A stretch of 64,000 bases of DNA. Source: Pseudomonadota bacterium. Its GTDB lineage: Bacteria; Pseudomonadota; Alphaproteobacteria; Acetobacterales; Acetobacteraceae. Shown piece after piece: positions 8,877 through 18,066 of this stretch. Below the pieces are notes generated by a model. The model saw nothing but the letters and a program-made list of their open reading frames with translations, did no database searches and was not told the DNA's origin. A program made the translations under genes and the position numbers. Position 1 is the stretch's first letter. Each line of letters starts with the position of its first letter. Location of the stretch: NCBI GenBank assembly GCA_046732975.1, contig JBKPOG010000107.1:9263-73262 (forward strand), given 5' to 3'.

Positions 8877-10139
8877 TCAGTCGCCAAACCCAAACCCCAT
8901 TGCGTCGTCATAGGCACGCCGCACCGAATCAGGCTGGCCAACAAGGAATGGAAACTCGCGGCGCGGTGCGATACCGGGGCGCTCGTGAGCGATCTGCTCA
9001 CGCGTGAGGCCGTCGATGAAATGCCGGCGGCCAATAATCGGCAGCTTGATGCAGCGGTTCAGTTCCGGATCGCGCACGACCGCCTTTGGCTCACCGCCGA
9101 AGGCGACCGCATCGAGGTCCTGAAAGAAGCGCTGCCGCATCATGATGATGCCGCGATCGCTGCGTCCTAGATGTTCGCGCTTGCGATCGGTGACGGCACC
9201 TTGACCGATCCAGCCGACAAAATCCTGGTTCATGATATGGCTGGTGATCCAGCGTCCGGTCTCTTCATTGACGATGGGCGAATACCAGTAAGGGATGCCG
9301 TCCTGCACGTAAGGTTCGCGCTCTTTCGGCACGCGGGTGAAGAACCAGCCGACGCTGAGCGTATTGGTGTCGTCGATCGGCACACGCCATTCGAAGTGAT
9401 TGCCGGTGAACAGCGCGTTGGGCCACAGGCAGACCCGACCAACGGTCCAAAGCTCGCTGCTCTCGTCGGAATCCTCGCGCACGCGGCGATACACCAGCCC
9501 GTACTCGAATTCGTCGAATGCCAGCTTGAGGTGGCGCGGCGAATAGTCGTTGCGTCCCTTCAGCCGCGCGCCCCAGTTGTCGTGCATCCATTCGAAGTGC
9601 ACTGGGTCAATCGAGTTCTCCTGGCACTGGAACCAATTGCAGGGCACGGTCGCGAAGACAATCTGCACAAAGCCGTTGGCCCAGGCGAATGGCTCCCAGT
9701 TCGGCACCAGAGGCGCCGGATCAGGGCCGAGATAGGCCCACAGCAAACCCGCTTTCGCTTCGACAGGATAGGCCTTGATGCGGATCTGGTCGCGGAAGCG
9801 GATCTCTGGCGCAGCGACATCCTCATACGGCTGTTCACGGCAGGCGCCGGTCTCGTCGAACATCCAGCCGTGGTAGTTGCAGCGCAGGCCGCACGACTCG
9901 ACGATGCCGTAGCTGAGATCAGCACTGCGATGCGAGCAATGCCTTTCCAGCAGGCCATAGTGGCCAGACAGATCCTTGTACAGCACCAGGTCTTCGCCGA
10001 GCAGCCGGACTGGCTTGGTCGGCGTGTCATCGAGTTCAGTGATTGCCGCAATGGGTTGCCAGTAGCGGCGCATGAGCGCGCCCATCTTGGTGTCTGGCCC
10101 GACTTCGCATAGCAGCCGGTTGCGCTCTTCGCTCAGCAT
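8877..10139 (-). CDS. Rieske [2Fe-2S] non-heme-iron oxygenase alpha subunit (LigXa/VanA-like class)
   Basis: The Rieske motif is CSHRSADLSYGIVESCGLRCNYHGW (CxH-x17-CxxH). The mononuclear iron motif is NSIDPVHFEWMHD. The N-terminus MLSEERNRLLCEVGPDTKMGALMRRYWQP is typical of this oxygenase class. Confidence 0.85.
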   Translation of the reverse strand: MLSEERNRLLCEVGPDTKMGALMRRYWQPIAAITELDDTPTKPVRLLGEDLVLYKDLSGHYGLLERHCSHRSADLSYGIVESCGLRCNYHGWMFDETGACREQPYEDVAAPEIRFRDQIRIKAYPVEAKAGLLWAYLGPDPAPLVPNWEPFAWANGFVQIVFATVPCNWFQCQENSIDPVHFEWMHDNWGARLKGRNDYSPRHLKLAFDEFEYGLVYRRVREDSDESSELWTVGRVCLWPNALFTGNHFEWRVPIDDTNTLSVGWFFTRVPKEREPYVQDGIPYWYSPIVNEETGRWITSHIMNQDFVGWIGQGAVTDRKREHLGRSDRGIIMMRQRFFQDLDAVAFGGEPKAVVRDPELNRCIKLPIIGRRHFIDGLTREQIAHERPGIAPRREFPFLVGQPDSVRRAYDDAMGFGFGD

Positions 10140-11095
10140 CAGGCGAGCTTCACAAGTTTCTGCATGCAGCGGATATCCTCTTCCGGTGCAATCGGCGCTC
10201 CGCGGTTGCGCATCGCCGTGCGTGATACCTCGCCTACGTAAATGTCGCCGCGCGAGTCGACCGCCACGCCGTGCGGGGCGATGAACTGGCTGGGCCGCTC
10301 GCGCGTCGCATCACCCAGTCGCGCGATCTGCTTGCCTTCGTGCGTCCAGATGCTGACCCGAGGGCCGATGCCAGGGGACTTGGCATTGACCGCCATACCG
10401 GGACCGCTTTCACCGATATACGCGATCGGATTTTTCCCCTGCGTCATGCACAGTCCGCATGGCCGGTGCATGTTGTTCCACTGCGTCTCGTAGCGACCCT
10501 TTCGGTCGAACACCTGAACGCGATGGTTTTCGCGATCCGCCACATAGACCCAACCATCTTCGTCGCAGCAGATGTTGTGTACGATATTGAAGGCGCCAGG
10601 GTCGGTACCCGGCTCACCCCAGGAGAACTGCAGCTTGCCGTTCGGAGAATACTTGTGCACGCGTGCATTGCCGTAGCCATCAGCGACGTAAATGTCACCT
10701 TCCGGTGAGAGCGCCGTATGGGTACAGCGGTTGAACGGGTCGCCGCCGTACAGTGGCGCCGGCTTGCCAGGCACACCGATCTCCAGCAGCAGTTTGCCGT
10801 CGAGCGTCAGCCGCCGCATGGTATGGTCACCATCGTCGGTACAATAGAGTGTATCATCCGGCGCCAGGTGTACGCCGTGCGGGCGTTTGAACAGACCTTC
10901 GCCCCAGGAACGCAGGAAGTTGCCCTCGCGGTCGAACACCATCATCGGGTGCTCGCTGCGCGCGAAGACGTAGACATTGTCCTTGCTGTCCACGCCGACA
11001 GCAGCGACCTCGCCGTAGCGCCAACCCGGCGGTAGCCTGCCCCAGTTCTCAATCACTTCGTAGCGGTGCTCACCCGAGCCGACGATGATGGGCAT
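10139..11095 (-). CDS. NHL-repeat six-bladed propeller, peptidyl-alpha-hydroxyglycine alpha-amidating lyase (PAL)-like
   Basis: The motifs YVADGYGNARVHKYSPNGK, VYVADRENHRVQVFDRKG and IYVGEVS resemble PAL/NHL blades. A GGAGGAG RBS precedes the ATG at 11095. The stop overlaps the Rieske gene start by 1 nt. Confidence 0.7.
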   Translation of the reverse strand: MPIIVGSGEHRYEVIENWGRLPPGWRYGEVAAVGVDSKDNVYVFARSEHPMMVFDREGNFLRSWGEGLFKRPHGVHLAPDDTLYCTDDGDHTMRRLTLDGKLLLEIGVPGKPAPLYGGDPFNRCTHTALSPEGDIYVADGYGNARVHKYSPNGKLQFSWGEPGTDPGAFNIVHNICCDEDGWVYVADRENHRVQVFDRKGRYETQWNNMHRPCGLCMTQGKNPIAYIGESGPGMAVNAKSPGIGPRVSIWTHEGKQIARLGDATRERPSQFIAPHGVAVDSRGDIYVGEVSRTAMRNRGAPIAPEEDIRCMQKLVKLA

Positions 11096-11292
11096 ATGTC
11101 ACTCCTCCTGAAAGGCGCGACCGAGAGAGTGTCGCAGTTATGACGACTGACGTCAGGCAGCGTTGGGCTCAGCCTATCACCGCGCCGGCGAGTGCGGCCA
11201 GATCGCGCAACCGCATCGTTACCGAGGCAACCGGGAGCGGTTGGTTCACCCATAACGACTACGAGATCTGGCGGTAGCAACTTACCACACTG

Positions 11293-12072
11293 TCAGGAAG
11301 CACGAGGTGCAGCGGAAGTAGTCTCGGGCTCTTCCAGCTCGATACTCAGTTCCCGCAATGATGCCGTGTGCGGATGACGCGTTCGGCCAGCGCGAAGATT
11401 ATCGGCTGAAAGCAGTTCCACCAGCTCACCTCCCTGCATCACACCGATACGTCCGCAAACATGTGCGACAACTGCAAGATTGTGGCTGACCAGAACGTAG
11501 GTCAGACCACGGGCCTGTTGCAGATCCGCCAGCAGGTTCAGTACTTCTGCCTGCACCGACACGTCTAGTGCGCTGGTCGGCTCGTCGAGCAGCAGTACGT
11601 GCGGCTCCGGCATCAATGCGCGGGCGATAGCGACCCGCTGGCGCTGCCCGCCGGAAAGCTGGTGTGGATACCGAAAACGCACCGAGGCCGGCAGCACAAC
11701 TTCATTCAGTGCGCGCATGATGCGTCGTTCGATATTGTCCATGCGATGCACGAGCAACGGCTCAGACAGCAGCCGATCTACAGTTTGGCGAGGGTGAAGC
11801 GATCCGTAGGGATCCTGGAACACCATCTGCACACGTTGATGGAATGCTTTCGATCGAAGCGGTGCGAGGAGCTGGCCGTCGATCGACATGCGGCCGGTCC
11901 AGTTTTGGTTAAGGCCCGACAAAACCCGCAGGATCGTGGATTTACCCGAACCTGATTCGCCGACCAGTCCGAAGCTTTCTCCGCGTGCGACGCGAAACGA
12001 GACCGACTTCACCGCCTCGGTGCGACCGAAGCGGACCGAGAGCGTATCGACTTCGATCATGCCTCCAGCCAT
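11293..12072 (-). CDS. peptide/nickel-type ABC transporter ATP-binding protein (DppF/OppF-like)
   Basis: It has Walker A GESGSGKST, signature LSGGQRQR and Walker B LLLDEPTSALD. An alternative ATG at 12060 gives an ATGA overlap with the upstream gene. Confidence 0.88.
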   Translation of the reverse strand: MAGGMIEVDTLSVRFGRTEAVKSVSFRVARGESFGLVGESGSGKSTILRVLSGLNQNWTGRMSIDGQLLAPLRSKAFHQRVQMVFQDPYGSLHPRQTVDRLLSEPLLVHRMDNIERRIMRALNEVVLPASVRFRYPHQLSGGQRQRVAIARALMPEPHVLLLDEPTSALDVSVQAEVLNLLADLQQARGLTYVLVSHNLAVVAHVCGRIGVMQGGELVELLSADNLRAGRTRHPHTASLRELSIELEEPETTSAAPRAS

Positions 12073-12887
12073 GAAGGATCACGCTGCATCACCGGGAGGC
12101 GCGTTTGTCGATGACTGAGTGCCGGCAGGCATTCGAGCAGGCCGCGTGTATAGGGGTGCCGCGCGCGTGTCAGTGCTGCGGCAGCCAGTTCTTCAACCAC
12201 GCGCCCAGCATACATCACCATGACCCTGTCGCAGAAATGCGAAACGAGTGGCAGGTCGTGGCTGATCAGGATCAGTCCCATGCCGCGACGCGAGACAAGG
12301 TCCTCGATTAGACGCAGGATTTCTGCCTGCACCGTGGCATCGAGCGCGCTGGTCGGTTCATCGGCGATCAGGAGCTCTGGATCCGGCGCGAGCATCATTG
12401 CAATCATCACCCGCTGACCCATTCCACCGGACAGTTCGTGTGGATAGGCGCGGGCGACACGCTGCGGATCACGGATCTGCACCTGAGCCAGCAAATCGAT
12501 CGCTGCCTGCTCTGCAAGTTTGCGACTGCCGCCGCGATGCACGCGCCAGGCTTCGGCGATCTGTGCCCCCGCCGTCATCACCGGATTCAGCGAAAATTTT
12601 GGATCCTGCAGGATCAGCCCGGCGCGTGCCCCACGGATACGCCGCAGCGTCCTCTCGTCCGCCCGCAGCACGTCGATCCCGTCGAATGTCAGCTTGTTGG
12701 CAGTGACGATCGCATTTGATGGGAGCAGCCGCAGAAGGGAGCGTGCGGTCAGTGACTTGCCGGAGCCTGATTCGCCGACAATGCCGAGTTTCTCCTGGCC
12801 GAGGGTGAGCGAGACATTGCGAACGGCTTCGGAAAGGCCGGTGGTGGTCGGAAACTGGATGCGCAGGTTTTTAATCTCGACCAGCAT
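12057..12887 (-). CDS. peptide/nickel-type ABC transporter ATP-binding protein (DppD/OppD-like)
   Basis: It has GESGSGKSLTARSLLRLLP, LSGGMGQR and LLIADEPTSALD. Confidence 0.88.
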   Translation of the reverse strand: MLVEIKNLRIQFPTTTGLSEAVRNVSLTLGQEKLGIVGESGSGKSLTARSLLRLLPSNAIVTANKLTFDGIDVLRADERTLRRIRGARAGLILQDPKFSLNPVMTAGAQIAEAWRVHRGGSRKLAEQAAIDLLAQVQIRDPQRVARAYPHELSGGMGQRVMIAMMLAPDPELLIADEPTSALDATVQAEILRLIEDLVSRRGMGLILISHDLPLVSHFCDRVMVMYAGRVVEELAAAALTRARHPYTRGLLECLPALSHRQTRLPVMQRDPSWLEA

Positions 12888-13790
12888 TTAGCGCTGCCGC
12901 GGATCCAGCACGTCGCGCATGCCGTCGCCCAACAGATTGAATGCGAGGGAGGCGATGAAGATGGCGATGCCCGGGATAGTAGGCACCCACCACTGATCAA
13001 GGATAAAGGCGCGCGACGATGCGATCATGGTGCCCCATTCCGGCATTGGTGGCTGTGCGCCCATGCCGAGAAACCCGAGCGCCGCTGCGGTCAAGATGAT
13101 ACCGCTCATGTCCAAGGTCACACGCACAATAACGCTGGAAAGGCACAGCGGCATGATGTGGCGCAAAATGACTCGGCCGCTGCTCGCGCCGGTCAGTCGC
13201 ACCGCGGCGATGAAGTCGCTGTTGCGAACGGTGAGTGTATCGGCGCGTGCCAGCCGCGCATACGGCGGCCATGCGGTCAGAGCGATGGCGATAATGGCGC
13301 TGGTGATCCCGGGCTTCAGGGCGGCGACAAACGCAAGCGCCAGGACAAGGCGCGGGAAGGCGAGAAAGACATCGGTCACGCGCATCAGCACGCGATCGGC
13401 GAGGCCGCCCAAATAGCCGGCAACGCTACCCACTGCTAGTCCGACCGGTGCCACCAGCAGCACCACGGACACCACCATGCCGAGCGTGACACGACCACCG
13501 TAGAGGATACGGGCGTAGATATCGCGCCCCAATTCGTCGGTGCCGAACCAGTGGGCGAGCGAAGGCGGCGCGAGACGGCCGGCGAGATCCTGCGCACTCG
13601 GGTCCTGCCAGGCCAGCAGAGGCGAGGCGAGCGAAGCGAGAATCATGATCGCGACAGTCACCAAACCAGCCATCGCGAGGCCATTGGTGCGAAATTGCAG
13701 CCATCCGCGATAACATCGCACCCACCCCGCCTGCATGCGCGATGCGGGGGTTTCGGTCAGCAGCCAGTCACGGGAGAGAACCGTGATCAT
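12888..13790 (-). CDS. ABC transporter permease (DppC/OppC-like, 300 aa)
   Basis: It has LAHWFGTDELGRDIYARILYGGRVTLG and binding-protein-dependent transport motifs. The ATG at 13790 overlaps the upstream stop (ATGA). The 438-aa track ORF is overextended. Confidence 0.88.
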   Translation of the reverse strand: MITVLSRDWLLTETPASRMQAGWVRCYRGWLQFRTNGLAMAGLVTVAIMILASLASPLLAWQDPSAQDLAGRLAPPSLAHWFGTDELGRDIYARILYGGRVTLGMVVSVVLLVAPVGLAVGSVAGYLGGLADRVLMRVTDVFLAFPRLVLALAFVAALKPGITSAIIAIALTAWPPYARLARADTLTVRNSDFIAAVRLTGASSGRVILRHIMPLCLSSVIVRVTLDMSGIILTAAALGFLGMGAQPPMPEWGTMIASSRAFILDQWWVPTIPGIAIFIASLAFNLLGDGMRDVLDPRQR

Positions 13791-14800
13791 GCGACGCGCG
13801 GGTCGAGCAGCCGGTACAGCACGTCCGACAACAGGTTGAGGGCCAGATAGACCAAGCCAACGATCAGCGTGGCACCCAGCACCGCATTCATGTCGGCATT
13901 CAGCAGCGATACGGTGAGGTACAGTCCGAGGCCAGGCCAGGAAAAAACCGTCTCGGTGATCACCGCGCCTTCCAGCAGCCCAGCATAGGCAAGCGACAGC
14001 ACGGTCACCAGACGTACCGCGATGTTGCCAAAGGCGTGCCGCCAAAGGACGCGGGCGGCCGAGAGGCCCTTGGCGCGCGCGGTGATGATGTATTCGCCGG
14101 ACAGCGATTCGATCATGAAGGCACGGGTCATGCGGGTGATGTAGGCCATCGAGAAATAGGCCAGTACCAGGGCCGGCTGTGCCAGATGCGCCAGCGCATC
14201 CCAAAGCGAATCCCAGTCACCTGCGATGATCGAATCGATCACCAGCATGCCAGTGACGTGCGGTACCATGCCCTCATACGCCACATCGAGCTGGCCAGTG
14301 CCGGGTGCGACGCCGAGTTTCACGTAGAAGATCAACAGGCAGAGCAGGCCGAGAACGAAGACCGGGATCGACTGGCCTGCCAGACTCACCACGCGCACGA
14401 CGTGATCTAAGCGGGAGCCTTGTCGCGCCGCGGCAAACACGCCAAGTGGCACGCCGATCAGGATCGCGATGATGATAGCGGTGGTGGCGAGTTCCAGAGT
14501 TGCTGGAAAAAACCGGGCAATGTCCTGGGTAACGGGATGCGAGGTCATGACCGATCGTCCAAGATCCCCATGCACCAGGTTCACCAAATAAATCCAGAAC
14601 TGCACCAGCAGCGGCCTGTCGAGACCAAGCTGGGCGCGAACCGCGGCGATCACGTCGGGGGGCGCATGATCGCCGGCGATCGCGATCACCGGGTCGATCG
14701 GCATCACCCGGCCAATCAGAAAGGTGACGAGGATCAGGCCGAACAAGGTCAGCGGGATGCTGGCAAAGCTTCCGGCCAGCATCTGCAGGCGCGCATTCAC
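13787..14800 (-). CDS. ABC transporter permease (DppB/OppB-like)
   Basis: It has LGLDRPLLVQFWIYLVNLVHGDLGRS and a C-terminal LSDVLYRLLDPRV, typical of DppB-family permeases. Confidence 0.88.
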   Translation of the reverse strand: MNARLQMLAGSFASIPLTLFGLILVTFLIGRVMPIDPVIAIAGDHAPPDVIAAVRAQLGLDRPLLVQFWIYLVNLVHGDLGRSVMTSHPVTQDIARFFPATLELATTAIIIAILIGVPLGVFAAARQGSRLDHVVRVVSLAGQSIPVFVLGLLCLLIFYVKLGVAPGTGQLDVAYEGMVPHVTGMLVIDSIIAGDWDSLWDALAHLAQPALVLAYFSMAYITRMTRAFMIESLSGEYIITARAKGLSAARVLWRHAFGNIAVRLVTVLSLAYAGLLEGAVITETVFSWPGLGLYLTVSLLNADMNAVLGATLIVGLVYLALNLLSDVLYRLLDPRVA

Positions 14801-15902
14801 GCCTTGGCGATCGATGTATAGCGGGTGTAGTCAGGCATCGGGCCGACCTTGAAGCCGGACACGCCCTTTCCGAGTACCGCGACGGCATTGCGCTGCAACA
14901 GCATGGCGAATGGCGCGCGGTCCATGAAGGCTTCCTGTAGGCTGCGATAGAGCGGCATGCGTTTTGCTGAACCGAGCTCGTGCACCGCGGCCTGCGACTG
15001 GCTTGTGAGCTCCTTGTCCACGAAATGGCTGCGTTTGATACATCGACGTCCTTGCGGCGCCGAAGAGAAGGTCAGGTTCTTGTCTCCCGCGATCGTCTTG
15101 AGTTGATCTGAGCCGAGTTCGCGCGCGATATCGACATCGCCCTTCTGCAGCAGAAGAAGCTGCGCGGCCGGATCCGAGACCTGACGCAAGACGATGCGCC
15201 GCATAAGGCCCTCTGTCGCGTGAGGGTTTGCATCCATGACGACATGGTCGCTCGTCGCCCATTCAGTCAGTTTGTAGGCAGCAACACCGGCGGTGCGACT
15301 CCTCAACCAGGCGTTGCCCAGGTCACCGTTGGCCTGGTTCGCCATTTCCGCCTTCATGTCCACCACGCTTCGGACCTTGGCAGAGAGACAATACAATAGA
15401 AGCTTGTGACCTCGGCCTCGTTCGGCAGCTTCATCTCCTGGGTGTAATCGTCGAGCGCACGAATATTCTTTTCCACGTTATCGGGGGTGAAGCCGAACTG
15501 CGTGATGATGAACCCGGGTGTCTTGTTCAGCTTCACCACGCGCTGCAGGCTGAATGCGGCGTCATGCGCTGTGACCGGATTGCCTGAGTCGAATTGCGCA
15601 TCGCCCCGCAGCTTGAACCTGTAGGTCAGGCCATCCAGGCTGATGTCCCAGGTCTCTGCGAGATCACCTTCGATCTCGGTGGCATCGTCCAGGTTGGGCC
15701 GGATCAGCCGGCGATAGCAGTTGGCATCGACCTCGCCGTTGGTGAATTCGTAGGACTCGGCCGGATCGAAGCTGACGATATCGTCGATCTGTTTGGCCAT
15801 GACGGCCACACCCTTGGGGGTGGCGGCGCGCGCTTTGGTCAGGATGGCCGGTGCCGCGAGCGTGGCACCTGAACTGGCCAGCAAGCTGCGTCTCGTCAGC
15901 AT
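14797..15902 (-). pseudogene. family-5 ABC substrate-binding protein gene, disrupted (frameshift plus internal deletion)
   Basis: The Tat-like signal is MLTRRSLLASSGATLAAPAILTKARA. The reading frame breaks at a 5-bp tandem duplication. The C-terminal ORF jumps from ...NLTFSSAPQG directly to the C-terminal block ...VDKELTSQSQAAVHELGSAKRMPLYRSLQ. About 366 homologous residues remain, versus roughly 500-530 in intact family members. Confidence 0.8.
15389..15398. repeat. 5-bp tandem duplication (plus strand CAATA CAATA; gene strand TATTG TATTG) causing the frameshift
   Basis: Deleting one copy joins ...EVTSFY to CLSAKVRSVVDMKAEMANQANGDLGNAWL in one frame. This was verified by hand translation. 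Confidence 0.85.
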
Positions 15903-15972
15903 GATGCCTCTCCCAGCAACCGATTGTCGCTACTTTGCCAAGGCGACGGGCGGGGCGCTAGGCTCCGCACCC

Positions 15973-18054
15973 ATGCAACGAAACGTTCGTCACTCGGTCT
16001 GCCCACACGACTGTCCCTCGACCTGCGCGCTGGAAATCGATGTCCTGGATGGCCGGCGCATCGGCACGGTGCGCGGAGCGGAGGGTAACAGTTACACGTC
16101 GGGTGTGATCTGCGCCAAGGTCGCGCGCTATGCCGAAAGAATTCATCACCTCGATAGGCTGACGCGACCGTTGCTGCGAACCGGCCCCAAAGGGTCTGGA
16201 CAGTTCCGGCCGATCTCATGGGAAGAGGCGCTGGATCGCGTGGCGGCGGCATTCGTCGCCGCCTCACAGAAGCATGGCGCGGAGGCCGTTTGGCCTTACT
16301 ACTATGCGGGAACGATGGGGCTGCTGCAGCGCGACGGCATCAACCGGTTGCGCCATGTCATGCGCTATTCCCGGCAGGCGAAGACGATCTGCACCTCGAT
16401 TTGTGAAGCAGGATGGATGGCAGGCGTCGGCCGCTGCACTGGCCCTGATCCACGCGAAATGGCGCAGTCGGACCTGATCGTCATGTGGGGCGGGAATCCC
16501 GTGGCGACGCAGGTCAACGCAATGACGCACATCACGCGGGCCCGGAAGGAGCGTGGTGCAAAGCTCGTGGTAATCGATCCCTATCGCACTGGCACGGCGG
16601 CAGTCGCCGACATGCATCTGGCACTGCGACCTGGCACTGATGCGGCGCTGGCCTGCGCAGTGATGCATGTGGCGTTCCGCGACGGCTACGCCGATCGCGA
16701 GTATATGGCGCGCTTTTCCGATTTTCCCGCCGGGTTGGAGGCGCATCTTGCGGCCCGTTCGCCGGCATGGGCAGCGCGGATCACCGGCGTTGATGTAAGT
16801 GAGATTGAAGATTTTGCCCGGCTATACTGCACGACCCGGCGCGCCTATATCCGCCTGGGCTATGGCTTTGCCCGCTCGCGTAACGGGGCGGAGTCGATGC
16901 ACGCTGTAACCTGCTTGCCGACGGTTACCGGCAAGTGGCCGTACGAGGGAGCCGGTGCCTTATGGAGCTACCGCAGTATCTATAACTGGGACAGGACCTT
17001 GATCGAGGGGCTGGACGCGATTGATCCGGCGACTCGAGTCCTGGATATGAGTCGGCTTGCAAGCATTCTCACCGGCGATCGCGATGCACTCGGCGACGGA
17101 CCTCCAGTGCATGCGATGCTGATTCAGAACAGTAATCCGGCGACGGTTGCGCCGGATACCAACCGGGTGCGTCGAGGTTTGCTGCGGGAGGACCTGTTCG
17201 TCGCGGTGCACGAGCAGTTCATGACCGAGACGGCGCAGCTTGCCGACGTTATTCTGCCAGCGACGATGTTCATGGAACACGATGACCTGTACCAGGCGGG
17301 TGGCCACAGCCATATCCAGATCGGCGCAAAGCTGATCGAACCTCCTGGCGAAAGCCGGTCGAACCACATGGTGCTGCAAGGATTGGCAGCGCGGCTGGGG
17401 GCGCAGCATCGCGGTTTCGAGATGAGCGCGATGGAGATCATCGACTGGACCTTGCGCGCCTCTGGTTGGCCGGACGCGAAGACCGTGCTGGAACAGCATT
17501 GGATCGATGTCGCGCCGCCAATAGCCGAGGCGCACTTCCACAACGGCTTTCCACAGGCGGACAAGCGCTTCCATTTCGCACCCGACTGGCGCGCGATCGG
17601 TCCTGGCTGGGCGCGCATGCCGACCTTGCCGGACTACATGCCGACAACCGACGAAGCGACAGCCGAGCGGCCGTTCCGCATGGTCACTGCGCCCGCACGG
17701 CAGTTTCTGAATACAACGTTTACCGAAACGTCGACATCGCGCGAGCGGGAGGGGCGGCCGACCGTACTGCTGCATCCTGCCGATGCAACGCGCCTTGACA
17801 TCGCAGATGGCGAGCGCGTGCGGCTCGGCAATGCGCGAGGCGAAGTGGTGCTGCATGCACGCTTGTTCGATGGCCTGCAGCCCGGCGTCCTGGTGGCAGA
17901 GAGCGTGTGGCCGAACGCGGCCTTCGAAGGGGGCATCGGCATCAATGCGCTGACGAGCGATGATCCGGCGCCGCCCATGGGTGGGGCGGTGTTCCACGAT
18001 ACTGCGGTGTGGCTGCGCTCCGTCGCTGCCGAGATGCCGGTTGCGGCTGACTGA
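15973..18054 (+). CDS. molybdopterin (bis-MGD) oxidoreductase family protein, cytoplasmic, 693 aa
   Basis: The N-terminal Fe-S motif is SVCPHDCPSTCALEIDV. It has no Tat signal. MopB-type blocks are present throughout. The ATG is at 15973, and the track ORF starts 180 nt too early. Confidence 0.85.
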   Translation: MQRNVRHSVCPHDCPSTCALEIDVLDGRRIGTVRGAEGNSYTSGVICAKVARYAERIHHLDRLTRPLLRTGPKGSGQFRPISWEEALDRVAAAFVAASQKHGAEAVWPYYYAGTMGLLQRDGINRLRHVMRYSRQAKTICTSICEAGWMAGVGRCTGPDPREMAQSDLIVMWGGNPVATQVNAMTHITRARKERGAKLVVIDPYRTGTAAVADMHLALRPGTDAALACAVMHVAFRDGYADREYMARFSDFPAGLEAHLAARSPAWAARITGVDVSEIEDFARLYCTTRRAYIRLGYGFARSRNGAESMHAVTCLPTVTGKWPYEGAGALWSYRSIYNWDRTLIEGLDAIDPATRVLDMSRLASILTGDRDALGDGPPVHAMLIQNSNPATVAPDTNRVRRGLLREDLFVAVHEQFMTETAQLADVILPATMFMEHDDLYQAGGHSHIQIGAKLIEPPGESRSNHMVLQGLAARLGAQHRGFEMSAMEIIDWTLRASGWPDAKTVLEQHWIDVAPPIAEAHFHNGFPQADKRFHFAPDWRAIGPGWARMPTLPDYMPTTDEATAERPFRMVTAPARQFLNTTFTETSTSREREGRPTVLLHPADATRLDIADGERVRLGNARGEVVLHARLFDGLQPGVLVAESVWPNAAFEGGIGINALTSDDPAPPMGGAVFHDTAVWLRSVAAEMPVAAD

Positions 18055-18066
18055 GGAACAACGGCA

